DNA of 64,000 nucleotides from Candidatus Sumerlaeaceae bacterium. GTDB lineage: Bacteria > Sumerlaeota > Sumerlaeia > Sumerlaeales > Sumerlaeaceae. Below the pieces are notes generated by a model. It did not search any database. It had not been told where the DNA came from and worked only from the letters and a program-made list of their open reading frames with translations. A program made the translations under genes and the position numbers. The DNA lies in contig JBPCLP010000020.1 of assembly GCA_051003195.1 (NCBI GenBank), positions 1-64,000 of the forward strand, read 5' to 3'. Below, piece by piece: positions 1-9,968 of the stretch; position 1 is the stretch's first letter; every line of letters begins with the position of its first letter.

Positions 1-129
1 CAGCGGCAAGGGCTTTGACCCAAACCACACACCGAAAACTGTGGAAAAAGGCTGTGGGAAAAATCGCGACTATGCACTGGCTGCATAGCATGCCACGCTC
101 GAATAAAAAACCACGCCATCTCCAAAGCG

Positions 130-175
130 CTTCGCGCCGGGGGGGTGCACAGACTTCGCGCCGGGGGGTTGCACA
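130..175. repeat. Two-copy direct repeat, 24-bp period (CTTCGCGCCGGGGGG[G/T]TGCACA)
   Basis: Copies at 130-151 and 154-175 differ at one position; the region is intergenic. Confidence 0.85.
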
Positions 176-292
176 ATAGCAGGAGATGTGGCACGTCTTA
201 ACAGGTCAGGAACGGGCTGTCACTTCCCGTACGTCGCATACCACAAAGCTCTTCGGAACATTGCACACCTGTCTAGTTAGTGAACAATGCGT

Positions 293-628
293 TCAGATCG
301 CGAGCGAGTTGGTTACGCGCTCCTGGGCGGCCAGCGCTGAGTTCGCCTTCGCGGAATTCTTCAGATTGCGAAACACCGTATTTGCCGTCGTGTAGGCTGC
401 GACTGCTTCCTTTTGTATGCCGACCTTCTCATAAGCAGCACCCATTTGCATCCAGCCATCGCCATGTTGCGGGTTCAGCTCCACGACGCGACGAAACTTA
501 GCGGCGGCTTCCATAAACCGACCTTCGGCAAGGTACTCCTGCCCCAGCAGATAGTGGGCAGACTGGTTAAAACTGTCGGCCTGGATCAATTCCTGCAGCC
601 GTTCAACGCGTGGCGTCATCGTAAACAT
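293..628 (-). CDS. Small tetratricopeptide-repeat protein
   Basis: TPR-like segments AHYLLGQEYLAEGRFMEAAAKFRRVVELNP and GWMQMGAAYEKVGIQKEAVAAY; start placed at ATG 628, which follows a GAGGGA SD-like sequence. Confidence 0.75.
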   Translation of the reverse strand: MFTMTPRVERLQELIQADSFNQSAHYLLGQEYLAEGRFMEAAAKFRRVVELNPQHGDGWMQMGAAYEKVGIQKEAVAAYTTANTVFRNLKNSAKANSALAAQERVTNSLAI

Positions 629-831
629 CGGGCATTCCCTCGTCGGCAGTGGTTCGTGCTCAATACTGGTCCGGTTACTCTCGCGCGCGAAAACAGATTG
701 CAACAGAATCACGGCTTTTCAGGTAATAAATGCTCAGGCACGCAAGGCGCATAGAAGAACCCACTTGATCCTGAACGTCCATTTGGAGAACAGTTTAATT
801 CGCCGCTCACAGACTCGCCAAGGAAGCTGCA

Positions 832-1224
832 ATGCTGACCAATGAAACCCGGAAGTTGATGAAACTGCTTCACCTGAACGCTGACCAGGTCTACCATGTC
901 TTCTGCCTCGCCTTATGCATGGCAATGGCCGATGGGAAAGTCACCGACCAGGAAGGCGAAATGCTCACCCGGATCGGGTTTGGCCTGGGTTTATCGCCTG
1001 AGGACATAGCAGCGCTTGGGGAAAATGCAAAGCAGGCTATTGCCGAAACCAGCCGCGCCGATGTGATTGGCTTCTCCGTCGCCAGTTTGCAGTCCAGCCT
1101 GGATAGTGAACAGCTCGGCGGAATCAAACAGGTCCTGAGATTCGTTGCTACCAGTGACAACAATATCGCGGACAACGAGCAGGCGCTGCTCAGCATACTC
1201 GATGAAATGTGGCCCAACGCCTAG
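832..1224 (+). CDS. TerB-like (tellurite resistance / DjlA N-terminal type) protein
   Basis: Duplicated motif MAMADGKVTDQE ... VATSDNNIADNEQALL, typical of TerB-like domains. Confidence 0.7.
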   Translation: MLTNETRKLMKLLHLNADQVYHVFCLALCMAMADGKVTDQEGEMLTRIGFGLGLSPEDIAALGENAKQAIAETSRADVIGFSVASLQSSLDSEQLGGIKQVLRFVATSDNNIADNEQALLSILDEMWPNA

Positions 1225-1330
1225 TGTGCCGAATCCGTAGTTCTTTACCAGACCGCAAGGGCAGACTTGACCTGGATTCGGCACACAGAACGGATTGCGA
1301 ACTAATGGTAGAACACGCCTAGCTTTTTCC

Positions 1331-1750
1331 ATGGGACTCTTTGGTTTAAGTGAGGAAAAAGAAGCGGCGCTCCGGGAGCGGATGGAAAGCCTCGGGATCC
1401 GGCTGGAAGACGTAACCGAATCGTTCGTCCGTTCGGGTGGCCGTGGCGGACAAAACGTGAACAAAGTGGCGACGTGTGTCCAGTTGAAGCACATTCCAAC
1501 GGGCATCGAAGTGAAGTGCCAAAAGGAACGTAGCCAGGCACTGAACCGCTACCATGCGCGACGCATTCTCGCGGATAAAATTGAACGGCAATTGCTCGGT
1601 GCGGCGAGCGCCGAGCAACAGCGGATTGAAAAGATTCGGCGGCAGAAGCGAAAGCGATCGAAACGCGCCAAAGAGAAAATGCTCGCCGATAAAAAGCATC
1701 TGTCGGAAAAAAAGCGCGGGCGCCGTGAAGGCAAAGCACCGGAAGCGTAG
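1331..1750 (+). CDS. Short peptidyl-tRNA hydrolase / release-factor-like protein (RF-1 GGQ domain plus basic tail; ribosome-rescue type)
   Basis: FVRSGGRGGQNVNKVATCVQLKHIPTGIEVKCQKERSQALNR; Lys/Arg-rich C-terminal tail; no codon-recognition domains. Confidence 0.88.
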   Translation: MGLFGLSEEKEAALRERMESLGIRLEDVTESFVRSGGRGGQNVNKVATCVQLKHIPTGIEVKCQKERSQALNRYHARRILADKIERQLLGAASAEQQRIEKIRRQKRKRSKRAKEKMLADKKHLSEKKRGRREGKAPEA

Positions 1751-1793
1751 GGTGGTCTACGAGAGATCGGAAGAACTATATTTTCGGTTTGGG

Positions 1794-2041
1794 GCGCCCC
1801 TTCAGGGCGCGAAAGATGGGTTGCTGTAACCCAGGGCTGCGGATTCCAAAAAGCCGGAATCCTTACCCTGGGCTTTGTCCCGCTGCACCTTCGGTGCAAA
1901 AAACCTGAACTGCGGATTCCAAAAAGCCGGAATCCTTACCCTGGGCTTTGTCCCGCTGCACCTTCGGTGCAAAAAACCTGAAGGCTGCGATTACCAAAAC
2001 CCTGGGCTTTGTCCCGCTGCACCTTCGGTGCAAAAAACCTG
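1794..2041. repeat. Palindromic REP/MITE-like element with a tandemly repeated 43-bp core
   Basis: ACCCTGGGCTTTGTCCCGCTGCACCTTCGGTGCAAAAAACCTG at 1865-1907, 1938-1980 and 1999-2041; exact 73-bp tandem duplication 1837-1909/1910-1982; several internal hairpins; lies between convergent genes. Confidence 0.85.
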
Positions 2042-2066
2042 CGGGCCTCTTCATTGCTACGACGCC

Positions 2067-4757
2067 CTAAAGTTCGCGCAATGTTACCGTTTCAGTTGTA
2101 TGCTCCGGCTCCGCAGGATTCCGGGGTTCTTGAGATTCCGTTGTTGTCGAGCCGGTGGTCTCCTCAGTGCCCGGATCTACGGCTGTATCCGTGGTGGATT
2201 GATGTGGCTCGCGCTCGAGTGCACGCGGGGGACCAGCCTGATAATCGATCTTGTAGAGGGCCGTGTCATTGACCCGGAACACACGCGTGCCGAGCTCGGC
2301 AAAGTTATTTTCGTTCATATCGACATATTGCTGCCGCTCCTGGTCACCGGCCACCACGTACTCGATACCATTTTCGAGCAGCAGATCATAAGCGGTGCGC
2401 GTATCGGTGGTTTCATAAATTTCCTGCGCCACCTGCAGGCGTCGTATCCGCTCCTCCGTGAATTGGTCGCCGCGCCAGCCCCAGCCGTGATACAGCCAAC
2501 CGGCAAAGCTGGGCCGGCCCGTCATGGTGGAAACGCGTCCGCTGTAGGTGTACTGCGTTCCAGCAGCTTCGAGCAAGCGCGCGTTATCAGGAAGATGTTT
2601 CCTGATCCACGCGATCAGTTCGTAATCGTCCGGATGCAGATACTTGAGGTATCGCATACCGTCGAGCCGATCTTCCACCGTGCGGGCGCGCGCTGCCGGG
2701 CGTAGCATTTCGTTCGGTGCTTCCTCGGGCGAGATGCCCTCGGGCGGCGTCCAATGTCCAAGACGCGTGGCCTGCGACACTCGCTGCATCGGCGCGACAA
2801 CCGGGTATGCTCCTCCAAACACGACGACTGGCAGGACAATCCAGAACGCCCTTCGCGACCGTAACCGTTGTGGCGCATATCGAATGAGCCGGCGCAGCGC
2901 GAGGATACTCGCGACGACCATCGTCGGCCACAAGCTATAGTAGATTTTGAAGACCGTGTTGATGCGCTCGATATCGCCGGCAAAAATATCGTCAAAGTAC
3001 ACCAGCTCGCAAAAGCATGTAAGGACGAAGAACGTAAACAGCAGCCCAAGCAGAAGCCGCATCACCGGCGGCTGGCGATGGTTGATCAATGCAAGCAGCA
3101 GCAGTGCCGCACACACCATGAGAAGTATGGGGGTCCAGCTGCCGAGAAGCGGACGCAGCACACACGCGGCAGCCGCGGCCATGGCGATCCATGCCCAAAG
3201 CCGCCGACGTGCATCGGTCGTAGCAGCGCACGCCTGCCGGTAGTGCCGACGAAAAAGCGTCGCGAGCAGAATGACAGGACCCAGGCCCAGCAATGCCCAA
3301 TGCGCGATGAACTCGAAAGGATCCGTGCGGTTAACTTTCTGTACTAATTTCAGCGGGCCAGACAGGAAAAGGGCGCGCAGAAACCCGGAAATTCCATCTT
3401 CCGAAAACGCATCTTTAAGGACTTCGCGTTTCGGGAATCCCGGCAGCGGATCGTGGAAATACTTGTGAAACAGCAGGAACAGCACGACCGCACCAAAGCA
3501 TCCCACAATGACCGCAAGCAGCAGGCTGCTGAATCCGGACACAAAGCTTCGCGCCGGAACACGCCACGGTTCTTCGTAAGCAAATCGCGGCACGCGCGGC
3601 CGGTTGCCCGCCCAGAGCGCCACCGCAAACACCGCGATGAAGGTGATGGCGTCCCACGAATTTGCGGCGGAAAGCGCTCCCGCGACCAATGCTACAAAAA
3701 ACAGCTCATCCAAATTGTGGAGCTGATAGCTGAACACGCTTCGGTAAGCACCCACGTTGCGCCATGCCTGGACAATAAGGCCCAACCCCAGCAGGAAAAT
3801 AACCAGCGCGGATACGTGCGCATGAAGATCGCCGAGCACGAAACTGAACGCAGGAAATTCCGTAATCGTGTTTTCAACGGCACGCGAACTTCGCCAGAAA
3901 TCGTAATTCCGGTACCACGCGTTTGCCAGGTACCATGCACCGTCTGGCGCATCCAGCACGCGAACCTTCACGATCGACAGGAGCTGCAGAAACCCGTCGA
4001 CGTTACTGGCCAGGGCGACCATGAACAACGCCAAAAATCCCCACCGTAGCCTTCGCGTCAGATTATAACCGATGGAGAGCGCCTGCAGGCAAACGAGGGC
4101 AAACGCGGCGGCCAGCGCGAGGTTAAATCCAACTTCAGGCCGTATGACGATAGCTTTAATCAACACCGCCCAGAGGAAATGGCCGAAGTAGTAGTAGTTG
4201 AGCCAGCCTCCCATGCGCCAGCCGTTACTCTCCGTCATACTCGGAACCGGTGCCAGCCAGGCGTCGTGCGGCGGGAACGAGCTGGACGTGAGCAGGCTGT
4301 TCAGCAGTGCAAAGTCGGTGAACTTCTCCGCGGCCATATCCGTAAATCCGTTCGCCAGGGGATCGGGAATGTGATAGGAAATGTGCGGAACCATGCCGCG
4401 GAAAACCAGCATCAGCGCAAACGCCGCGGCGAATACACACTCGTAGGTAAGCACGAGGCCCATCCTGCTGCGCACGAACGCGACCATCGCATGCCTGTTG
4501 CGGATAAAGGTCCACATGCCAACCAGCGCGACTACTCCCCATCCGATTGCTACCGTGCGCAGGCCAAACGGCGCCCAACTGGAAACGCCGGGCAGAAACA
4601 GGAGGATCCACGTCACATAGCTGACCAGCAGCAAACCCAGCGCTTTGCTCAATCCATAGCCGCGGTCATGGAGCCTGGTGCAAACCCGGAAAGCCAGCGG
4701 CCATGCGCAAAGCGCAAAAAGCTGCATCACGAGGTACCAGAGCAGAACGGACTTCAT
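2067..4757 (-). CDS. DUF2298 / Chlor_Arch_YYY-type multi-pass membrane protein (putative GT-C glycosyltransferase)
   Basis: EKFTDFALLNS, FPPHDAWLA, LNYYYFGH, FWRSSR, ITEFPAFSFVLGDLHAH, RINTVFKIYY; C-terminal soluble domain and Thr/Glu-rich tail. Confidence 0.85.
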   Translation of the reverse strand: MKSVLLWYLVMQLFALCAWPLAFRVCTRLHDRGYGLSKALGLLLVSYVTWILLFLPGVSSWAPFGLRTVAIGWGVVALVGMWTFIRNRHAMVAFVRSRMGLVLTYECVFAAAFALMLVFRGMVPHISYHIPDPLANGFTDMAAEKFTDFALLNSLLTSSSFPPHDAWLAPVPSMTESNGWRMGGWLNYYYFGHFLWAVLIKAIVIRPEVGFNLALAAAFALVCLQALSIGYNLTRRLRWGFLALFMVALASNVDGFLQLLSIVKVRVLDAPDGAWYLANAWYRNYDFWRSSRAVENTITEFPAFSFVLGDLHAHVSALVIFLLGLGLIVQAWRNVGAYRSVFSYQLHNLDELFFVALVAGALSAANSWDAITFIAVFAVALWAGNRPRVPRFAYEEPWRVPARSFVSGFSSLLLAVIVGCFGAVVLFLLFHKYFHDPLPGFPKREVLKDAFSEDGISGFLRALFLSGPLKLVQKVNRTDPFEFIAHWALLGLGPVILLATLFRRHYRQACAATTDARRRLWAWIAMAAAAACVLRPLLGSWTPILLMVCAALLLLALINHRQPPVMRLLLGLLFTFFVLTCFCELVYFDDIFAGDIERINTVFKIYYSLWPTMVVASILALRRLIRYAPQRLRSRRAFWIVLPVVVFGGAYPVVAPMQRVSQATRLGHWTPPEGISPEEAPNEMLRPAARARTVEDRLDGMRYLKYLHPDDYELIAWIRKHLPDNARLLEAAGTQYTYSGRVSTMTGRPSFAGWLYHGWGWRGDQFTEERIRRLQVAQEIYETTDTRTAYDLLLENGIEYVVAGDQERQQYVDMNENNFAELGTRVFRVNDTALYKIDYQAGPPRALEREPHQSTTDTAVDPGTEETTGSTTTESQEPRNPAEPEHTTETVTLREL

Positions 4758-4817
4758 TGCGCAGCGATCAACCGAAGCCCCAACCCGCTTTGCAATGAGG
4801 AAGCGGAGGAACCGGTT

Positions 4818-6740
4818 CTATGCCGGGGCGATGTGCTCAGGTCCGTAATCAGGCACAAGATCGCGCAGTTTTGCGCGAATCGCATCCGCGTCGTGTGCAT
4901 CGGCAAGCCGCTCAAGCTCGGCAATGGCGGCCTCCATCACGCCATCATCCACGACTTCCGGCTCAGTCGTAAAGATTTTCCCCATATCCGTCGCCTTCAC
5001 ATTCTCGCCCGCAGTCAGCAGCTCTTCCTTTAGTTTTTCCCCTGGCCGCAATCCCGTGAAAACAATCGGAATCTCTTTGTCCGGTTCATAGCCGCACAAG
5101 CGGATGAGGTTGCGCGCGAGATCGACAATGCGCACCGGCTGTCCCATGTCGAGCAGGTAGAGCCGGCGCTGTTCATCCAGCGATCCCGCCTGGATGACCA
5201 GTGAAACGGCCTCAGGGATTGTCATAAAAAACCGCACCACCTCCGGGTGCGTCAAGGTGACTGGACCCCCATTGGCGATCTGCCGACGGAACAATGGAAC
5301 CACACTTCCCCGGCTGCCGAGCACGTTGCCAAAACGCACGGCGACAAACTGTGTCCTGGATTTGCGCGCCATCGAAAAAACGATCATCTCGGCTATGCGC
5401 TTGGATGCTCCCATCACGTTTGTTGGCCGCACCGCTTTGTCCGAAGAAATTAAAATGAAACGTTTCGCACCGCCCTGGTCAGCCGCGCGCGCGACATTCC
5501 TCGTTCCTGTCACGTTGTTCTTAATCGCTTCGTCGGGATGCAGCTCCATCAAGGGCACGTGCTTGTGGGCGGCCGCGTGAAAAAATATGGTCGGCTTGAA
5601 TTCCTCCACCACGGCGCAAAGTTTCCGATAATCGCGGATGTCGCCAATGATTGGAATCACGACGTCGCGGCTGCGCGCATCGGATGCGGGGCCGCTCAAC
5701 TCCTGGCTGATGTCGTAAATCGAATTCTCGCCATGGCCGAACAGCAGAATGCGCTGGGGGTGAAACTGGAGCAGCTGCCTGCATAGTTCCGACCCAATTG
5801 AACCGCCCGCGCCGGTGATCATCACGACCTGGTCGCGCACATAGTTGCGTTCGTCCGGCAATTCGAGCGTCACAGGATCGCGCCCCAGAAGATCCTCGAT
5901 CTCCACGGGTCGAATCTCCTTAATGCTGACGCGACCCGTCATCACATCCTGCACGCTGGGGAGAATGCGGAACTGCACCTTTGCGTTTTCGCAAAGCGCT
6001 ACGATTTCGCGCAGGCGGCTCGGCGGGACATTTGGCAGCGCAATCAAAACTTCTTCCGCGCGCGTACGATGGATTACAGCAGCCATGTCGGCGATCGTGC
6101 CGGCAACCGGCAGCCCGTGGATCCGGAAGTTCTGCTTGTCGACATCGTCGTCCACAAACGCCACTGGTTTCCAGCGGCGGACCCCGCTTGAGATCATCTG
6201 TCGCACAATCGCCTCGCCGGCATTGCCCGCGCCCACAACCAATAGACGCTTTGTGGTAGTGCCCGTCTCGTCAGTCGGGTAGAGGAGCTGCGTAACGATA
6301 ATGCGCCGACTGAAGCGCGACGCAGCGATGACCATGATCGTCAGCAGGCATTCAATTGCCAGCACGCTCAACGGAACGCGCTCGAGGCGCTGAGCGCCGT
6401 TTGCCAGGTCAATCGTCCACAGCCACGGCACTGGCGGCAGCAGCGTGTACCAAAAGTTCAGCAGTGTGAGGACAGCACTGCCAAGCACCGTTGCCGCAAT
6501 CGTTGCCAGCATTTCGCCCGGTCCTGCATAGCGCGGAATGCCGCGGTAGAGGTTAAATGCGGCAAACAGACAGAGCCGCACCACAATGAAAACACCGACG
6601 ACAACGACGTACTGATTACGGTCCTGGCGAAACGGCTGAAAATCCCGCCGGATCAGGTACGCAATCCAAAGCGACATACTGACCAGCAGTGCGTCGGAAA
6701 GCGCGAGGCCTATGCGCCTCCATTTTACCGTGGGTGACAT
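4818..6740 (-). CDS. CapD/PglF/WbpM-type nucleoside-diphosphate-sugar 4,6-dehydratase (polysaccharide biosynthesis protein)
   Basis: N-terminal TM helices; GAGNAG; ITGAGGSIGSELCRQ; HAAAHKHVPLME; SSDKAVRPTNVMGASK; RFGNVLGSRGSVVP; GLRPGEKL. Confidence 0.93.
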   Translation of the reverse strand: MSPTVKWRRIGLALSDALLVSMSLWIAYLIRRDFQPFRQDRNQYVVVVGVFIVVRLCLFAAFNLYRGIPRYAGPGEMLATIAATVLGSAVLTLLNFWYTLLPPVPWLWTIDLANGAQRLERVPLSVLAIECLLTIMVIAASRFSRRIIVTQLLYPTDETGTTTKRLLVVGAGNAGEAIVRQMISSGVRRWKPVAFVDDDVDKQNFRIHGLPVAGTIADMAAVIHRTRAEEVLIALPNVPPSRLREIVALCENAKVQFRILPSVQDVMTGRVSIKEIRPVEIEDLLGRDPVTLELPDERNYVRDQVVMITGAGGSIGSELCRQLLQFHPQRILLFGHGENSIYDISQELSGPASDARSRDVVIPIIGDIRDYRKLCAVVEEFKPTIFFHAAAHKHVPLMELHPDEAIKNNVTGTRNVARAADQGGAKRFILISSDKAVRPTNVMGASKRIAEMIVFSMARKSRTQFVAVRFGNVLGSRGSVVPLFRRQIANGGPVTLTHPEVVRFFMTIPEAVSLVIQAGSLDEQRRLYLLDMGQPVRIVDLARNLIRLCGYEPDKEIPIVFTGLRPGEKLKEELLTAGENVKATDMGKIFTTEPEVVDDGVMEAAIAELERLADAHDADAIRAKLRDLVPDYGPEHIAPA

Positions 6741-6800
6741 GATGACGCCTCTACACGCGTAGAGGCAGAACCGTTGCCAATTAAAATCAAAAACCCGCGA

Positions 6801-7331
6801 TTAATCCGGGTGCGACAGTTCGTCGTCGGGAGTTTCGCGATCCCTGTCGCCTTGCCTGCGGCCACTAAGGCCAGCTTCGCGCCGGTTGACACGCGTCTGT
6901 CTGCTGCGCCGGTTTGGCACCAGGTATTCGTAAAAACCTGCATGTTGTACGCGTAGCAGCGCCACAAGGACCAACGTGGTAAGAGTACCCAGCAGCCCCA
7001 TCTGGAACGCGATGGCGAGGCCGATGGCGGCAGAGACCCACAGCGTGGCTGCGGTCGTAAGGCCCCGAACCTGTCCTTCCACGCGCAGAATTAACCCCGC
7101 GCACAGAAAACCGATTCCCGCCACGACCTGCGCTGCAATACGCGTCGGATCCACGGCTCCGGGAGCAAACCGCGACACCAGCCCGAAAACGCAAGAGCCC
7201 ACCGTCACCATTGCAAACGTGCGTATTCCAGCCGGGTGTCCCGCGTGTTCGCGCTCCCAACCGATTATCCCGCCCAGCACGCCCGACCACAACGCGCGGC
7301 CCAGCAGTTCAAATTCCTGTGTATAGTTCAT
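6801..7331 (-). CDS. MgtC/SapB family membrane protein
   Basis: IGWERE...AGIRTF, DPTRIAAQVVAGIGFLCAG, GLTTAATLW. Confidence 0.92.
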   Translation of the reverse strand: MNYTQEFELLGRALWSGVLGGIIGWEREHAGHPAGIRTFAMVTVGSCVFGLVSRFAPGAVDPTRIAAQVVAGIGFLCAGLILRVEGQVRGLTTAATLWVSAAIGLAIAFQMGLLGTLTTLVLVALLRVQHAGFYEYLVPNRRSRQTRVNRREAGLSGRRQGDRDRETPDDELSHPD

Positions 7332-7392
7332 CGAAACGGTTTTTGCCGGACTACCCCGGAGGCAGTCAACTGGCGATGCGCGTCACTAAACC

Positions 7393-8604
7393 TCAGGATA
7401 AAACGGCGTAGCACCGGCCGGGCAGCTGCCTGATCGCACGTTTCATTTCCAGCCCGAACAGCACCACGGACAGCCGCTGTACGGTAATGCGCGCCGGATC
7501 GAGCTGTGCCGCCAGCATATCGAATACCTGTGGCTCATGCTGGATAAGCCCCAGAACGTAACGTTCTTCCTCGCTCAACTGCGCGACAACATTGGTGCCA
7601 GCCTGACTGCGAGATGGCACTGTTGAGCTGCCGTCCGCTTGGGTTACGGCCACAGCGCCCTTGCTCTTGTCGGACTCTGACGCCAGGGATTCGTCAAGCA
7701 GCTCTTCGCGCAGGTATCCGCGCAGGACGTCTTTCATTTCGTGCAGGATCTCCTCAGGCCGCTGCACCAGCCGAGCGCCGCTGCAAATCAACGCATTGGC
7801 GCCGCGCGAGTTGAGACGCGTGATATCGCCGGGCACCGCAAAAACAAAACGATTCTCGTCCAGCGCTTCGCGCGCACTGATGAGTGCGCCGCTCTTCTCC
7901 GCCGCTTCGACCACGACGGTGCCGAGCGATAGAGTCGCAATGACGTGGTTGCGCTCGGGGAAGTTGTAGCGGTCCGGGCTGGTGTTCATGGGATACTCGG
8001 TAATTAATGCACCGTGCTCGATCACACGTTGCTCGAGCGTGCGATTCTCCGCCGGATAGCAGACCGACAGGCCGTTTCCAAGCACGCCGAGAGTCCGCCC
8101 GCCGGCGCTGATCGCAGCCTGGTGCGATGCTGAATCCACACCGCGCGCAAACCCGCTGACAACGGTGATACCGCATTGGGCAAGTCGCGATGCAAACTGC
8201 TGAGCCACCGCACGGCCATACTGAGTTGCATGGCGCGATCCGACCAGCGCCACCGAGTAGCGGTCTTCACGGTGCAGGGTGCCGCGCACGTACAGCAGGG
8301 GTGGCGGCGCGCTGCACTGCAGCAGGTTGGCCGGGTAATCGTCGCAATGGCTGGTGACCGCGCGCACGTGGTGTGCGGCCATTAACTCCAGCTCCCGGTC
8401 GATAAGCGCGGACTTCGGCGAGTCCAGTACCTGGCGGGCCAGTTCCTGGTCCATTCCGCGCTGCTGCGCGAGTTCCCTCGCACTCGAACCCAGGACCTTC
8501 GCGGGCGTGTCGAAGCGCTGCATCAACGCATGGAAACGTGGTCGGCTCATATCCGGAACCAGCCGAATTGCCAGCCACAGTCGAAGTTCTTCGTTGGAAA
8601 GCAT
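7393..8604 (-). CDS. dprA: DNA-processing protein DprA
   Basis: YPANL...PPPLLYVRG, VALVGSR, VVSGFARGVD, FPERNHVIA, VVVEAAEKSGALISA, VFAVPG; C-terminal winged-helix-like segment. Confidence 0.95.
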   Translation of the reverse strand: MLSNEELRLWLAIRLVPDMSRPRFHALMQRFDTPAKVLGSSARELAQQRGMDQELARQVLDSPKSALIDRELELMAAHHVRAVTSHCDDYPANLLQCSAPPPLLYVRGTLHREDRYSVALVGSRHATQYGRAVAQQFASRLAQCGITVVSGFARGVDSASHQAAISAGGRTLGVLGNGLSVCYPAENRTLEQRVIEHGALITEYPMNTSPDRYNFPERNHVIATLSLGTVVVEAAEKSGALISAREALDENRFVFAVPGDITRLNSRGANALICSGARLVQRPEEILHEMKDVLRGYLREELLDESLASESDKSKGAVAVTQADGSSTVPSRSQAGTNVVAQLSEEERYVLGLIQHEPQVFDMLAAQLDPARITVQRLSVVLFGLEMKRAIRQLPGRCYAVLS

Positions 8605-8687
8605 GAATGGACCATGCGAACACAGCGGCATGGAATCAAGCAATTGAACATTGCGGACGGCGAAATTTTTGCGTGTGATGCCGCGCC

Positions 8688-9968
8688 GTGACTATCGCTG
8701 AAACTTCCCGTGCTGTCGAATTCGCATCGACGCCGATAGACCCCGCAAATGGCCTGGAAGTGCGCGACGTGAGCAAATGCTACCGCGTCTCCACCGAGAG
8801 CGTTGGCCGCGTCTCCTCGTTTTTCGTAAACCGGCTTGTATCACGCACGCGGCTGACGGACCTCTGGGCACTTAAGGAGGTGAGCTTCGATGTCCCGCGC
8901 GGCGAAGTGCTGGGAATCCTCGGGACCAATGGCTCGGGAAAAAGCACGCTGCTGCGCATACTCAGCGGTATTTCGACACCTACAAAAGGTACGGTGCGCC
9001 GGCAGCCCCGCGTGGCCGCGCTGCTCGACCTCTCCGCCGGCTTTCACCCGACGCTTTCCGGGTACGAGAACCTCTTTCTCAGCGGCTCGATTGTCGGCTT
9101 GTCCCGCGACGAAGTGCGAGAGCTGTTACCGCAGATCGTAGAATTCAGCGGCATCTCCCACGAATACCTCGATGCCCCCGTACGCTATTACAGCGCTGGT
9201 ATGGTCGCGCGCCTCGGGTTTGCGCTGTCGGTCAGCTGCGATCCCGACGTGGTACTCATCGACGAGGTGCTTGCCGTGGGCGACGCAGAGTTCCAGGCGA
9301 GGAGCGCGCGGCGCCTGCTGCAGTTCCGAAACGAGGGCAAGGCAATGATCCTGGTGTCGCATGTGCCCACGGTTATCCTCGAGCTGTCCACTCGTGTGCT
9401 ATGGCTGCACAAGGGCAAAACGCGCGCATACGGCGACACCCGCGAAGTGGTGAAGGAGTACCAGACTTATCTTAACAGCCGCATCGCACAGCGCGAGCAT
9501 GAAATGGGCGCGGCTGAAGAGGCGCGCGAGGCACATCTAACCGTGGCGGAGTTTTCACCGCTGGAACTGGAGGATGGAAATAGTCAGCGCACGGCGATCT
9601 TCCGCACCGGCGGCGTACTTCACATGCGCGCCACACTCCGCACGCTTCGGCCTGCACCCGCAGCGATCGACCTGCTCGTGCGGGTCGTGCACGAGACTGG
9701 CGCCGTCATGGATGAGTTCACTCTCAGCGAACGCGCAATGGAGCTGCCGCCGCTGGATGTGAACAGGCCCATCTGCATCGAGCTCCGCTTCGAGCCACTG
9801 CTGCTCCTGCGCGGCAAGTTCGCGATCTCGATAATGCTTGTTTCCAGAGAAGCGAGCGACACCGTCTACGCCCGAAGCGAAGCCGCACCATTTGAAGTTG
9901 AGTCAGACTACTCCGACTACCCCCAGCACCTCGTCGAACTGCCGTGCAGAGTGGTGATGGAGGATTAA
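8688..9968 (+). CDS. Wzt-type polysaccharide ABC exporter ATP-binding protein with C-terminal Wzt_C domain
   Basis: Walker A GTNGSGKST, YSAGMVARLGF signature, Walker B LIDEVLAVGD; about 150-aa C-terminal beta domain. Confidence 0.9.
   Translation: MTIAETSRAVEFASTPIDPANGLEVRDVSKCYRVSTESVGRVSSFFVNRLVSRTRLTDLWALKEVSFDVPRGEVLGILGTNGSGKSTLLRILSGISTPTKGTVRRQPRVAALLDLSAGFHPTLSGYENLFLSGSIVGLSRDEVRELLPQIVEFSGISHEYLDAPVRYYSAGMVARLGFALSVSCDPDVVLIDEVLAVGDAEFQARSARRLLQFRNEGKAMILVSHVPTVILELSTRVLWLHKGKTRAYGDTREVVKEYQTYLNSRIAQREHEMGAAEEAREAHLTVAEFSPLELEDGNSQRTAIFRTGGVLHMRATLRTLRPAPAAIDLLVRVVHETGAVMDEFTLSERAMELPPLDVNRPICIELRFEPLLLLRGKFAISIMLVSREASDTVYARSEAAPFEVESDYSDYPQHLVELPCRVVMED

Noticed and set aside
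832..1750. TerB-like plus release-factor pair as a defence or PrfH-RtcB system
   Set aside because: No other ter genes, rtcB or defence-type domains are nearby; adjacency alone is insufficient.
1865..2041. Three identical 43-bp repeats that resemble a mini CRISPR array
   Set aside because: The gaps are 30 and 18 bp, the first gap duplicates the sequence before repeat 1, and there are no cas genes. This is tandem duplication of a palindromic element.
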